Shown: one piece after another, positions 28,694 through 41,125 of the stretch
Layout: each line of letters opens with the position of its first letter
How positions within the stretch are numbered: the stretch's first letter is position 1
Assembly (NCBI RefSeq): GCF_044704955.1
Contig: NC_091977.1
Span: forward strand, 505,610,001-505,674,000
Direction of reading: 5' to 3'
DNA: 64,000 bases
DNA from: Pristiophorus japonicus
Lineage: Eukaryota
Notes under the pieces: generated by a model
What the model was told of the DNA's origin: nothing
What the model saw: the letters and a program-made list of their open reading frames with translations, nothing else
Database searches by the model: none
Position numbers and translations under genes: made by a program

Positions 28694-29285
28694 TCAGCTA
28701 TGGCTCAGTAATAGCACCCTTGTCTCTGAGTCAGTAGTTTGGGAGTTCAAATCCCACTCCAGACACTTGAGCACATAATAATACTAAGCACTGCACTGTC
28801 AGACCTTTTGGATGAGACTTTTAAACAAGGCCCCGTCTTCCCTCAGATGGATGTAAAAAATTCCTTGACACTATTCGAGGAAGAGCAGGTGAGTTCTCCT
28901 GGTCACCTGGCCAATAGTTATCCCTGAACTAACAGCATTAAATCAGATTATCTGGCAATTGATGCTAGATCAATTGTTAATCTTAAATCGGCGATTCATA
29001 GATTTTTGTTAACCAAAAGGTATTAAGGGATATGGGGCAAAGGCAGATATAGGGAGTTAGGTCGCAGAACAGCTATGATCTCATTAAATGGCTGAACAGG
29101 CTCGAGGGGCTAAATGGCCTACTCCTGGTCCTATGTTCCCATGTTGCTGTGGGACCTTACTGTGCGCAACTTGGCTGCCACATTTCCTACATTATAACAG
29201 TTTTTATAGTTCAAAAGCACTTCATTGGCTGTAAGGCACTTTGGGATGTCCTGATGTTGGGAAAGGCACTGTATAAATGAGAGTT
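28694..29285 (+). mobile_element. DeuSINE interrupted by a short CR1 3' end (~28975-29140)
   Basis: SINE head and core, then a CR1 3' UTR (ggctcgaggggctaaatggcctactcc), then the SINE tail (cacttcattggctgtaaggcactttggg). Confidence 0.75.
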
Positions 29286-29871
29286 ATTTCTTGAATTCAA
29301 GACCCAGAATATAGGAACTGAGATCCTTTGATAAGATCTATGAATCATTCCTGCCAACAATTTTATGAATGGGTTTTTCTCAGGCTAGGTAAGCATAAAG
29401 CAGGCCAAATGATCCACTTGACCTAATTCCTCCAGTAAGACCTTACAGTTTCCACCACTTTGTTACAGTTCACAGCTGTTTATGAAATGATTCCAGGATT
29501 TTTGCCTCCTCTGCTCCATTCAGAAGACAATGGGCTGGAGATTCGTAAAATACCGCGATCACCGGTTTTTCAGCGATATTTGAGGATATCGTTTTGGTTT
29601 ACTGCCGAAATACCTCTATGACGGAAGGCCGTTAAATTGGTGAAACGGTGACCGGTGGTCGTGGTAAAATCGACCTTGCACGAAGGGTTTATCGGTGATG
29701 AAAAAAACCGGACCTTCTGCACGTACGCAAATTCTTTTTGATCGACTTTCTTTTTTCCTGATTTTTTTTTTCTCCCCCCCGTGATTCTGGTCAGGTGTCA
29801 GGGTCAGGGTGCGCCCGCGCATGCACAATACACCCAACTCTCAGTCATCGATTTTTCAAAGAAAGGAGAAG

Positions 29872-30128
29872 ATGCAGCACCTTGATCTAACCAGGCAGAG
29901 ATCCAGGAAATTTAGTCTTGATGCTAATGAGGCACTTGTAGTTGCCATTGAGAGTAGGGGGGGGGAGTTTATCAGGAGGAATCGATTAACCCCCACCCCC
30001 GCCCTCCCTCAGCCGTTGTAAAGAGATTATGGACTGCTGTTGCTGAGGAGATGTCCTCAGCAGATGATATCCCCAGGGACCTCCAACAATGGAGGAAGAG
30101 GTGGAATGACCATTATGGGTTCGTGAGA
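29872..30128 (+). pseudogene. Harbinger Myb/SANT-like DNA-binding protein, exon 1
   Basis: RSRKFSLDANEALVVAIESR...LWTAVAEEMS...RDLQQWRKRWND (trihelix/Myb-like Trp pattern), one frameshift, donor AGA|gtaagt. Confidence 0.8.
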
Positions 30129-30205
30129 GTAAGTAATATTTTTATTCATGCACTCCTTGATTACTTATACTGCAAATCTGACACATGTTGCTGTAGGTAG
30201 GCTTA

Positions 30206-30827
30206 GAGCTAGACTTTCCCATGAGCCCCTCAAACGCCCGTTTGCCCACTCAGAAAAACCGCTAATGTTTGGTAAGTAACGCTGGCGAGAATTTCCATTT
30301 TTATGTTCAAACTAATTAAAACTAATCGCCTGGTGAGAAAATGGGCATTGCACCTTTATTTTTGGTAGTTAAGGGGAAACTAAGTAAAACGGGCGGTTCT
30401 TACCAGAATAGACAGTAAGTATTTAAAATTTAGTCCAAGGCTGCGGTTGGGCATGGGAAGAAGGAAACTTAAAAAAAAACATAAAATGCATTCCCAAGAC
30501 ACTTTTACACCTAATCGCCATTTTAAAATTTAAGAAAAAAAGAACCTTTAACTTACCTTTCTTTGCAGAGTACTTACCTACCGCTCTGTTTAAGCGGCTT
30601 TTGCAGGGTGGTTCCCTCGGCAATCTGGACGGGCTTCCGTTGTAGACAAACTTACGCCCTGGCGATTTTCTCGGCGTTGCACGTCGGCGGTTTGGTCCCG
30701 GCGGGCGTGTTCAGATTTGGGCGATACTACTAAAAATCTAAGGAGGAAACTTTCGCTGGGCGGAAAACAGCTGTACTGCCGAGAAAATCGCCGAGAACCC
30801 ACTGAAAAGGATAAGAAAGTCTAGCCC
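30206..30827. mobile_element. Harbinger-type MITE nested in the Harbinger Myb intron
   Basis: TIR GAGCTAGACTTTC / GAAAGTCTAGCCC, perfect TSD TTA. Confidence 0.88.
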
Positions 30828-31031
30828 TTAGAGTTGCACCTTATTTTTCATGAATAATCTTTACACATTATTAAGATGGCTTTCTGAGATGTTTCTGCAC
30901 TTCGATGTCTGCATCATAAACACGTATAGCTTCCAGGGCCATTTTACAGAGGACTGTATTAAATGCACACAGTATGGTATAAGTGCTTTGATGGCTATCT
31001 GTGTGCCACAAGAGCAGAAGGGGGCTCTGGT

Positions 31032-34000
31032 TGTTTTGTATGTAAACTTTATAATAGTGTAAGACTTGCCACCAAGGGGCACACCTGTTGGAGACCCAAG
31101 GGTCATCTGCACACCTTGTGCAAGCAAGTATAAAAGGTTGTCTGCCATGCTGCTTCTTCACTTTGGAGTTTGATTAAAGAGACTAAGGTCACATCAGTTT
31201 GAGCGTACAACATATAGTCTTGTGGAGTTATTCTGAACATAACAATTGGTGACGAGTAACAGATCACGAACTTTCACGCGGTTATGGCTGCGTTGGTATT
31301 CTTGAGAGATTTGTTGAGGGTGACAATTGGGAAGCCTTCATTGAGCATCTTGACCAGTACTTCGTGGCCAATGAGCTGGATACAGACAGTAACGCGGTCA
31401 AGCGCAGGACGATTCTCCTCACCGTTGTGGGTCTACGATATATGGCCTCATTAAAAATCTGCTAGCACCGACAAAACCAATGGATAAGACATATGCAGAG
31501 TTGTGTACGCTGGTTCGGGGACACCTCAAGCCAAAGGAGAGCATCTTAATGGCCAGGTATCGCTTTTATACGCACCATTGCTCCGAGGGCCAGGACGTAG
31601 CGAGTTATATTGCCGACCTAAGATGCCTTGCAGGACCATGCGAATTTGCTGGATTTTTGGGGGAAATGTTGCAGGACTTTATCGTGCTTGGAATCAGCCA
31701 CGAGGTCATTCTTCGCAAATTGCTGTCTGCCGTATCCCTAGATCTGAGCAAGGCCATCACAATAGCCCAGGCTTTCATGTCCTAAGCAGATATGTTCTCA
31801 GCGTCGAAGCTCATCGGCAAGTACTGTGCATAAAATAACACCTTTAGCAGGCAGAACTGTACATGGCAGGACCTAGACGCTTGCAGAGGCCAGACCTAGG
31901 ATGCCTGAGAGTCCGTCATGGGGCGTGAATGTGAATCCATTAATACCATGTTGCCGCTGCAGGGGTAATCATAGAGCCCATCAATGTCGATTCAAGCACT
32001 ACGTGTGCAAATGCTGCGGAACAATGGGGCACCTCCAGCGAATGTGTAAACGTGCTGCGACTCACCACGTGGCAGAGTCAGCAAAAGATGTCCGATCCGG
32101 CATGGATCACGCTGAACGAGTAAGAGAGGCAACTCAACCCAAGGTTGAAGAGGAAATGTATGGGGTACACACCTTCACCACCAAAAGCCCTCCGTTAATG
32201 TTGAAAGTTAAATTAAATGGCACTCCAGTTTCCATGGAATTGGACACAGGGGCAAGTCAGTCAATTATGAGTCAGAAGGCTTTTGAGAAACTGTGGGGCA
32301 ACAAGGCACAAAGGCCAAAACTAAGCCTGATTCAAACAAAGCTGCGCACTTACACCAAAGAGCTCATACCAGTCATTGGCAGTGCGGCAGTGAGGGTATC
32401 GTACGATGTAGCTGTGCATGATTTATAACTATGGATTGTGCCAGGCGATGGCCCAACGCTGTTCGGCAGAAGCTGGCTAGGAAAGATCCAATGGAACTGG
32501 GACGACATCAAAGCACTGTCTTCGGTGGATGACGCCTCGTGCGCTCAAGTGCTAAACAAATTTCCATTGCTATTTGAGCCAGGCATCGGCAACTTCACAG
32601 GCGCCAAAGTGCAGATTCATCAAGTCCCTGATGCACGGCCCAGTCATCACAAGGCCAGAGCGATTCCATATGTGATGTGGGAGAAAGTCGAGATCGAACT
32701 GGACAGACTTCAACGAGAGGGAATTATATCGCCAGTCGAGTTTGAGTGGGCCAATCCAATTGCTCCGGTGTTGAAAAGCGATGGCACGGTCAGAATCTGC
32801 GGAGACTACAAAGTAACGATCAACCGAGTCTCGTTACAGGACCAGTACCCGCTACCCAAAGCGGAGGACCTGTTTGCAACGTTAGCAGGAGTGAAGTCGT
32901 TCACCAAGCTGGATCTAACCTCGACTTACATGACACAGGAGCTGGCTGAATCTTCGAAAAGATTGGTGTGCATCAACACGCACAAAGGACTGTTCATATA
33001 CCACAGATGCCCTTTTGGGATTCGCTCGGCTGCTGCCATCTTCCGGAGGAACATAGAGAGTCTGCTGAAATCTGTTCCGTGCACCGTTGTGTTTCAAGAC
33101 GACATCCTGATCACTGGTCGTGACACCACCGAACACCTGCACAATCTGGAAGAGACTCTAAAGCGACTGGACAGAGTGGGACTCAGGCTGAAACACTCCA
33201 AGTGTGTTTTCCTGGCGCCAGTGGTCGAATTTTGGGGGAGAAAGATTGCGACAGATGGCATCAGACCCATGGACTCGAAGACGGAGGCCGTCAAGAATGC
33301 ACCCAGACCACAGAGTTCGTTCCTGGGACTCAACTATTTTGGTAACTTTCTACCCGGGTTGAGCACTTTGCTGGAACCTTTGCATTTATTGCTACATAAG
33401 GGTGACAACTGAGTTTGGGGTAAATCTCAAGGGACAGCCTTCGTTAAGGCCAGAAACCTGTTATGTTCTAACAAGTTACTTGTAGCTTGTGATGCATCTT
33501 CGTACGGGGTTGGTTATGTGTTACGGCAAGCCAATGTGTCAGGCAAACTGCAACCAGTTGCATATGCATCCAGAAGTTTATCTAAGGCTGAAAGAGCCTA
33601 TAGTATGGTTGAGAAAGAAGCATTGGCATGCGTATATGGGGTTAAGAAAATGAACCAATACCTATTTGGACTGCGGTTCGAGCTCGAAACCGACCACAAA
33701 CCGCTCTTTTCGCTGTTTTCAGAAAGCAAAGGTATTAACACCAATGCTTCGGCCCACATCCAAAGATGGGCACTAACATTATCTGCATATGACTATGTAA
33801 TCCACCACAGACCAGGCTCTGAAAACTGTGTTACCATTGCCCACCACCGGGGTGGAAATGGCGCAACCCGCAGACTTGCTTCTTGTAATGGATGTTTTTG
33901 AGAGTGAGGGGTCACCTGTCATGGCTTGCCAGATCAGGACCTGGACTAGCCAGGACCCTGTGCTATCACTAGTAAAAAACTGCATCCTTAATGGGAGCCG

Positions 34001-35507
34001 GTTGGCTGTTCCCGGGAAATGCAAGACGAAATTAAGCCGTTTCACCAACGCAAGGATGAAATGTCCATTCAATCGGATTGTCTCCTATGGGGGAGTCATG
34101 TGGTTTTGCCAAAAAAAGGTAGGGAAACGTTTATACGCGACCTACACAGTACCCACCCAGGCATAGCCATGATGAAGGCTATCGCCAGGTCACACGTTTG
34201 GTGGCCCAGCATTGACTCGGAATTGGAGTCATGCGTACACCAATGTAACATTTGCTCACAGTTGAGCAATGCACCAAGGGAGGCCCCACTGAGTCTGTGG
34301 TCATGGCCCTCCAAACCGTGGTCAAGGGTTCACCAAGATTTCACTGGCCCCTTTCTAGAAAAGATGTTCCTAGTAGCAGTGGATGCTTACTCTAAATGGA
34401 TTGAATGTGCAATAATGTCATCATGTAACTCCACTGCCCCACTGAAAGCCTCCGGGCCAAGTTCGCCACCCATGGTTTGCCCGACGTTCTTGTTACTGAC
34501 AATGGACTATGTTTCACCAGCTCGGAATTCAATGAGTTCATGACCCGCAATGGCATCAAACATATCAGGTCTGCTGTGTTTAAGACCGCATCCAATGGTC
34601 AAGCGGAACGGGCAGTCCAAACTATCAAGCAGAGCTTGAAACGGGTGACGGATGGTTCCCTGCAGACCCGGTTATCTCGGGTTCGGCTCAGCTACTGGAC
34701 GCGACACACTCGCTCACCGGGGTTCCCCCTGCAGAATTGCTAATGAAGAGAGCACTCAAAACCAGGCTCTCCTTAGTCCACCCGGATCTCAATGATCATG
34801 TAGAAACCCGGCGTTACCGGCATAACATGTATCACCGTCACGCAGCTGCATCGCGTGACATTGAGGTTAATGACCCTGTATTTGTTGTTAACTACGGTCA
34901 TGGTCCCAAATGGGTTGCTGGCACTGTTTTAGCCAATGAGAGGAAGAGAGTATTTGTTGTTAAACTTCTGAATGGACAAACGTGCAGAAAGCATTTGGAT
35001 CAGACCAAACTACGATTAACCGACAACCAAGAACAGTTTGAAGAGGACATTACCATCATTGATCCACCAACACACACCCAAGCAGCAATTGATCTCACTG
35101 TTAATCATGAGGATGAACCCACCATGCCCGACAGTCCAATCAGACCAGCCGGGCTGCAGTGCAGCAATGATCCGACCAACTCACCCATGCCAGGACTTCA
35201 ACTCAGGCAATCAACCCGGGAACAAAGAGCCCCTGATTGCCTCAACTTGTAAATAACTTGTATCTAAGACTTTGAGGGGGGGTGGAGGGGGAGTGATGTT
35301 TGTATGTAAACTTTTCATAGTGTAAGACATGCTACCAGGGGGCGCACCTATTGGAGATCCAAGGGTCACCTGCACACCTCGTGCAAGCAAGTATAAAAGG
35401 TTGTCTGCCATGCTGCTTCTTCACTCTGGAGTTTGATTAAAGAGACTAAGGTCACATCACTTTGAGCGTACAACATACAGTCTTGTGGAGTTATTCTGAG
35501 CATAACA
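31032..35507 (+). mobile_element. Full-length but decayed Ty3/Gypsy (Mag-like) LTR retrotransposon
   Basis: LTRs at 31032-31244 and 35297-35507, perfect TSD CTGGT, PBS tggtgacgag (tRNA-Ser-like), G-rich PPT. Confidence 0.96.
31284..35252 (+). pseudogene. gag-pol remnant (Gag with two CCHC knuckles, PR, RT, RNase H, IN)
   Basis: [27 protein letters not shown]; LDTGAS; RICGDYK, CPFGI, FQDD; ACDAS; H..H..C..C, VTDNG and SNGQAER. Multiple stops and frameshifts. Confidence 0.93.
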
Positions 35508-35537
35508 CTGGTGACCATTGCCATTGTCATTTTGCAG

Positions 35538-36573
35538 AAAAAGCTGGCACACAATCGGAGCGAACAGCGATGGACCACCCAATCGCTTGGTGGTCCACCC
35601 AATAATTATCCTCTGACTGATCTGGAGGAACGCCTTAATTGGTGCCCATGGCAGATCAACTACCCATGCGGGTGCTGATCTCATGGTTGGAACTGAGGGT
35701 AAGTCCTGCCAAATCCCCGGGCTGGGTTGGAGTCATGTGAGTCTGTGGACTCAGGTTCAGGTAATGTCATGCAGTGTCTCTCGACGACATATAATGCAGT
35801 AGTGGTGGTCCTTCAAATAAGCCTGCGCTATGTGACCGTACTCATGTCACCCTGCCCCCTCCCCTGCTGCCAACCACTCGTCCGTTGTTTTCTAATTTGC
35901 AGATGAAGAGTTGCATATGCCTCATCACCACATGCAAGGCTCCACCTCAGCCCAGTGTGTGTGGGTCCAAGAGGAAGAGGAAGGTGAGGGGTGTACTGAG
36001 GACCCATGGGAGGAACAACATCCTCAAGCTGTTGTTGGCGGGGGGGGGGGGGGGGGGAGGTGTTGGGGGAGGAGTCGGCACATGTTTTAGCTGCAGCCAC
36101 AACTTCCTCGGAGGAAGCCACATTTCCAGGTTTCATCGCTTCTGAGGCAGCCGCACCCCCATGGTTGAACCCCACATGCTGTCTCTGCGGAGGTTGAGTC
36201 GGCAAAGCCGGTCTGCTGAAAGACAGGCAGACGCTAACCTGGACATGGTGGGACTGTCAAGGGAGAGCATCGAACTGGATCGAGAACTCCTCCAGGCACT
36301 TTCGGCAACATCGCCGCACAATCTGCGACACAATCTGCGGACATGTCACAGATGGTTGCTGCAATCCGGGGGAACACCGAGGCTGTCAATGCCCTGCAGC
36401 AATTGATTGTCTCGACCTTTGGCACCGCAGTCCCCAGTGTCATACCACCCAGACCAACAGCACCTGTGAGTTGGGAGGCAGAACAAGAGCCTTCCGACTC
36501 AGAAGCCGGGCCTTCCATACCCCGAGATTCTCCAGGGAATCCACACATGGAGTCTCCATTGTCTTTGCCCTGA
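35538..36573 (+). pseudogene. Harbinger Myb/SANT gene exons 2 (35538-35698) and 3 (35903-~36573)
   Basis: Acceptor ttttgcag, then KKLAHNRSEQR...GGPP..PLTDLEER and donor GG|gtaagt. A second acceptor tttgcag precedes an acidic/coiled-coil-like region. Confidence 0.7.
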
Positions 36574-37010
36574 CAACAGCAGTGCTCGGCATGCCTTGCT
36601 GAACAACATCCTGGTCCCAACACGGGTAGGGGTAGCGGGAGGAAGCAAGTGGGGGGAGGGGTTAAGATCAGGCGGGGGGGGTGTGGGGAGAGGTGGCCGC
36701 AGTTAAATAGAGGTTTGGTGCGGGGGGCGGGGGGGGGGGTGGTTGTTGTTGTTTTGTTGCTGTTTGCTTTGGTTATTTCATAAAAGTGTTAAAAATTATT
36801 TGAAGTAGAAAATGTATTTAACTTTCAAAATTTACCAAGTTTTCAACAATGTACAAATGTTTCAAAAATTTACAATGTTTTATAAATTCTATTGTTCAAC
36901 TTAACCATTCTTGTGCAGTGTCTCATTTGTAGAATGAGAGGGGTAATAGTCAACATGGTGGGATAGAGTGGGCAGGCAATAGTGAAACGCAACTTTCACT
37001 GTTCAAACAG

Positions 37011-37912
37011 CTGACACTAAGCTGGGTGGCAGTGTGAGCTGTGAGGAGGACGCTAAGAGGCTGCAGGGTGACTTGGACAGATTAGGTGAGTGGGCAAATG
37101 CATGGCAGATGCAATATAATGTGGATAAATGTGAGGTTATCCACTTTGATGGCAAAAACACGAAGGCAGAATATTATCTGAATGGCGGCAGATTAGGAAA
37201 AGGGGAGGTGCAACAAGACCTGGGTGTCATGGTACATCAGTCATTGAAAGTTGGCATGGAGATGCAGCAGGCGGTGAAGAAGGCAAATGGTATATTGGCC
37301 TTCATAGCTAGGAGATTTGAGTATAGGAGCAGGGAGGTCTTACTGCAGTTGTACAGGGCCTTGGTGAAGCCTCACCTGGAATATTGTGTTCAGTTTTGGT
37401 CTCCTAATCTGAGGAAGGACGTTGTTGCTATTGAGGGAGTGCAGCGAAGGTTCACCAGACTGATTCCAGGAATGGCAGGACTGACATATGAGGAGAGACT
37501 GGGTCGACTGGGCCTGTATTCACTGGAGTTTAGAAGGATGAGAGGGGATCTCATAGAAACTTATAAAATTCTGACGAGACTGGACAGGTTAGATGCTGGA
37601 AGAATGTTCCCGATGTTGAGGAAGTTCAGAACCATGGGAACACAGTCTAAGGATAAGACGTAAGCCATTTAAGACTGAGAAGAGGTGTAACTTTTTCACT
37701 CAGAGTTGTTAACTTGTGGAATTCCCGAACGCAGAGAATTGTTGATGCCAGTTAGATATGGCCCTTACGGCTAAAGGGATCAAGGGGTATGGAGAGAATG
37801 CAGGAAAGGGGTACTGAGGTGAATGATCAGCCATGATCTTATTGAATGGTGGTGCAGGCTCGAAGGGCCAAATGGCCTACTCCTGCACCTATTTTCTATG
37901 TTTCTATGTTTC
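37011..37912 (+). mobile_element. CR1 LINE 3' part inserted between the convergent Harbinger genes
   Basis: LQGDLDRLGEWANAWQMQYNVDKCEVIH...LYRALVKPHLEYCVQFWSP, ending in a (ttctatgt)n tail. Confidence 0.93.
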
Positions 37913-38535
37913 TAAAGCGTTGATTTATGAGCTGCAGTGACGAAAGCTTCACGAGCTGTGGTGGTGGTGCGGATGATGGCATGGATTCATCGCCAGGCTC
38001 TCGTCCTCCTTCTCCTCCTCCCTCTCTCCTCTTGTGGTCCTGCAGTCCCCAGTGGCAATTCCTGTCCCCTCATGATGGTTAAGTTGTATAGCATGCAGCA
38101 CACCACAATGAACTTGGAGACCTGCTGCGGGGAGTATTGCAGGCTACCTCCAGAGTGGTCCAGGCACTGGAAGTGCTGCTTGAGCACTCCAATTGTCTTT
38201 TCGATGATATTGCGTGTGGCTTTATAGGCTGTTATTGTAGCGATGCTCGGTGTCTGTCTGAGGGTTCCAGAGGGGGGGTCATGAGCCAGGTGGCGAGGCC
38301 ATAAACTTTGTCCCCCAGCATCCGGCTGCGGCCTTGTGGCTGACGTTGAAACAGGTATGAGACAGTTCTCTCACGCAAGATGAAAGCATCATGGATGCTC
38401 CCTGGAAACTGGGCATTAACTGCCATGATCCGCTGCGTATAGTCGCAGACTATTTGTTCGTTCAAGGAGTGGAATCCCTTTCAGTTTCGGTAAACCTCTG
38501 GCTCCTGTAAAGGTGCTCACAGGGCGACGTGCGTC
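37913..38535 (-). pseudogene. Harbinger DDE transposase (HARBI1-like), C-terminal half
   Basis: KGFHSLN..IVCD...FPGSIHDAFIL...LGDKVY...WLMTP...RNIIEKTIGVLKQHFQCLD...CCMLYN. Confidence 0.9.
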
Positions 38536-39199
38536 TCTGCATCATTAGTCCAGGCCTCTAGATTACTAGCCCAGTGACATAACCTCTATGTTACCATGCC
38601 CCATTCCACAGGCACGTCACTCTTTCTCTGATGAACAATTTCCTGACATTGGTCCTAAGTTCATTTTTTACTACTTTGAACTCGGGGCCCTCTTTTCCTA
38701 ATGTCACAGTTGAATTTGAAATAGTCCTCTGGATCTATATTTCCTGTGACATTTACGGTTTTAGATGGTTCTGTGAAGATCCCTCTCAGTCACATTCTTC
38801 CAAGCTGAATAGCCTAAGTATTTCCAGTCTTTCCTCATAATTTAGTCCTCTGCAAATGCATTTCGGCTCCAGCTGCAGGATCTGAATATCCCTTGTTGTG
38901 TAAGTGGCCCAAACACTACTCAAGGTGCTGCCTGACCAGACGACAACCTCTGACTTGCGCTGCTGTTTATATTCCATTGCTTTGTTGATTGTTGCTCTGT
39001 AGTGTTTATGGTCACCAGTTTAAATCATCGCCCTCCCTTCTCTGCACCGAAAATTCAATGGAGAAATTAAAAACCAAAATAGGTTAACGGAAATCAGTAT
39101 ACCGAACTGCCTTTTATTCCCAGGGTTCAAATCTAAACCAAACTGATGGAATGAAAGTCTATTCATTACAATAGCTGGAAGGATTGTATAATACCTGTA

Positions 39200-39336
39200 C
39201 AAAAGCAAAATACTGCAAATTCTGGAAATCTGAAATAAAAACAGAAAATGCTGGAGATACTCAGCAGGTCAGGCAGCATCTGTGGAGAGAGAAACAGAGT
39301 TAATGTTTCAGGTCGATGACCTTTTGTCAGAACTGG
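39200..39336 (-). mobile_element. Penelope-like element terminal fragment with degenerate hammerhead core
   Basis: Minus strand reads CTGACAAAAGGTCATCGACCTGAAACATTAACTC, followed by acagatgctgcctgacctgctgagt. Confidence 0.65.
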
Positions 39337-39583
39337 GATACTCAGGATTCTATAATATATGTATTCATAAAATGTGAAGCTAGATTCCGTATAATATTAG
39401 TTTGCATCACAAACCCAACCTAATTTGGTATAATCTGGCCTTAAAATCTGGCTTTACAATCTCACAAAGATGAGGAATGGAATGGTTCACTGAGGTAGTG
39501 AAGACTACTCTTCCAAGATTAGGGCTAAGTAGAGGGAGTGTTGCTTGACAGATGACTGCCCTAATAGTGCTTGATACTGTTCA

Positions 39584-39776
39584 CTCGAGCCTCAATTTTA
39601 ACCTAACCTGCCCGATGGGAATGGGGTGGCTTTGGGTCGGTCGCCTGTTTTACACCACGCCCAGGTTTACGCTCCATTGACTTCAATGGCGAGTATAATC
39701 AGGCGGGGGGAATGGGTGTCTGACTTGAACCCGCCTGATTCTCGCCAGACGGCTTAGGTTAAAATTGGGGCTCGAG
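39584..39776. mobile_element. ~190-bp palindromic MITE
   Basis: CTCGAGCCTCAATTTTAACCTAA / TTAGGTTAAAATTGGGGCTCGAG inverted ends. Confidence 0.75.
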
Positions 39777-40496
39777 AGTCTGAAATGGAAAAGTGTTCAA
39801 TTCCCTTCGTGCGAGCTTCCGTCAAACTTAAGCAAAAAGACGTCAAGCTCACCCAATAATGAATTAAAATGAAAAAAGGCGGCCATTTTCACAGAAACCT
39901 CACTACAAAGGGATCTAGACCCTGACAGATCAGGGTACATGTGTAGATCTTAAATGTCTCCTCACAAAAGGGCCATATTGGCTGTAATTGAAAGTGTTTG
40001 CGACATCGCTCTATATTTCTGCTTCAGGAAATATTCAACTCAGGGCGGCATCAGATAAGAGCCTTTAAAGCAAATTTGATAAAAGAAACTGATACAGCTG
40101 CAGAAGGCTTTTGTCCCCAGATCATAAGATGTGAAATACATAAGATAAGGCAGCCAGGACTTGATAATAGGAGGCTTGACAAGCCCATATGTCGCTGCAC
40201 AGAGCCCCATTCCTGCAGGCGATGGGGTAAAAGGAAACAGGAAGATTTAATAAAAGAGTCCTGAGAAAAATGACAGCTTTCAATCATGGTCAGCTTTTTT
40301 GACAAGCAGTATTCAGTAATACCTAACCAACAAAGGAAATGCTGGAATACACAGCATGATTGCCACTTTACATTTGTTTCGCGTGCACTTTAATTTAAAA
40401 ACTAGCACAAGAACTCTCAACCATCAGCTACAGACATTTCCATTACAATAATACGGTGCTCCGTCTTCAGATTTTTGGAGAAATAAAAGGTTAACA

Positions 40497-41125
40497 TTTC
40501 AGACATTTTCGGGTCATTTGTGACCCGGGTTTTGACAGGTTTTGACCCTCCATGGCGAAAAATGGAGCGGTGAGCTCTTTTGCATCCGGGCACGATCCTC
40601 GGGTCAGGTTTTGTGGCGGCACTTAGGAGCAACACCGGGGAGAGCTGCGCCGGGTGTACAATGGCTCTCCTTGCGACGCCGACAGAAGTTTCAACTCACA
40701 CCCGACCCGTACGCCCCGAAACGTGCCCCGCGATGACTGCCAGGGAAAACACAGCGATCCAGCCCTGCCGGAGGCGGTGAGGTAGATAAACTGCAGAAAA
40801 GGTAAGTTCCAGTTTTTATTCTTTTATTTTTTTGCAGCAATCTTTGTTGTAAGGGTGTTGGCAATGTTTTTTTGAATGTTTTTGTGAATTTTGGGGGGAT
40901 GCGGGGGAAATTTCCCCTCCCAAGGCCTCTCTCGGAGCACTCCTGGCCCCGCAATAAAGTTGGTGAGGTTCCCGTTTTTGCGCCACGAAAGTCGTACAAC
41001 GTCTCCTGGCACAGGGCCCAAACGCCAAAAATTACTCCACAGAGCGCAAAGGTTAATCGGGCGGTAAATTTCCCACCCCCTCCTCCGCTTTCGCCACAAA
41101 AACGGCAAAGCTGAAAATCCAGCCC
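40497..41125. mobile_element. Harbinger-type MITE
   Basis: CpG-rich island ending GAAAATCCAGCCC; left end degenerate. Confidence 0.6.

Larger units (their letters stand above)
29532..38535. mobile_element. Decayed autonomous PIF/Harbinger transposon (convergent Myb/SANT gene and transposase) with nested insertions
   Basis: Left terminus GGGCTGGAGATTC, a three-exon Myb/SANT-like gene on +, and a HARBI1-like transposase C-terminal half on -. The right end is missing. Confidence 0.85.

Noticed and set aside
37913-38535. Host HARBI1 gene
   Set aside because: Truncated, frameshifted and embedded in a transposon opposite its Myb partner.
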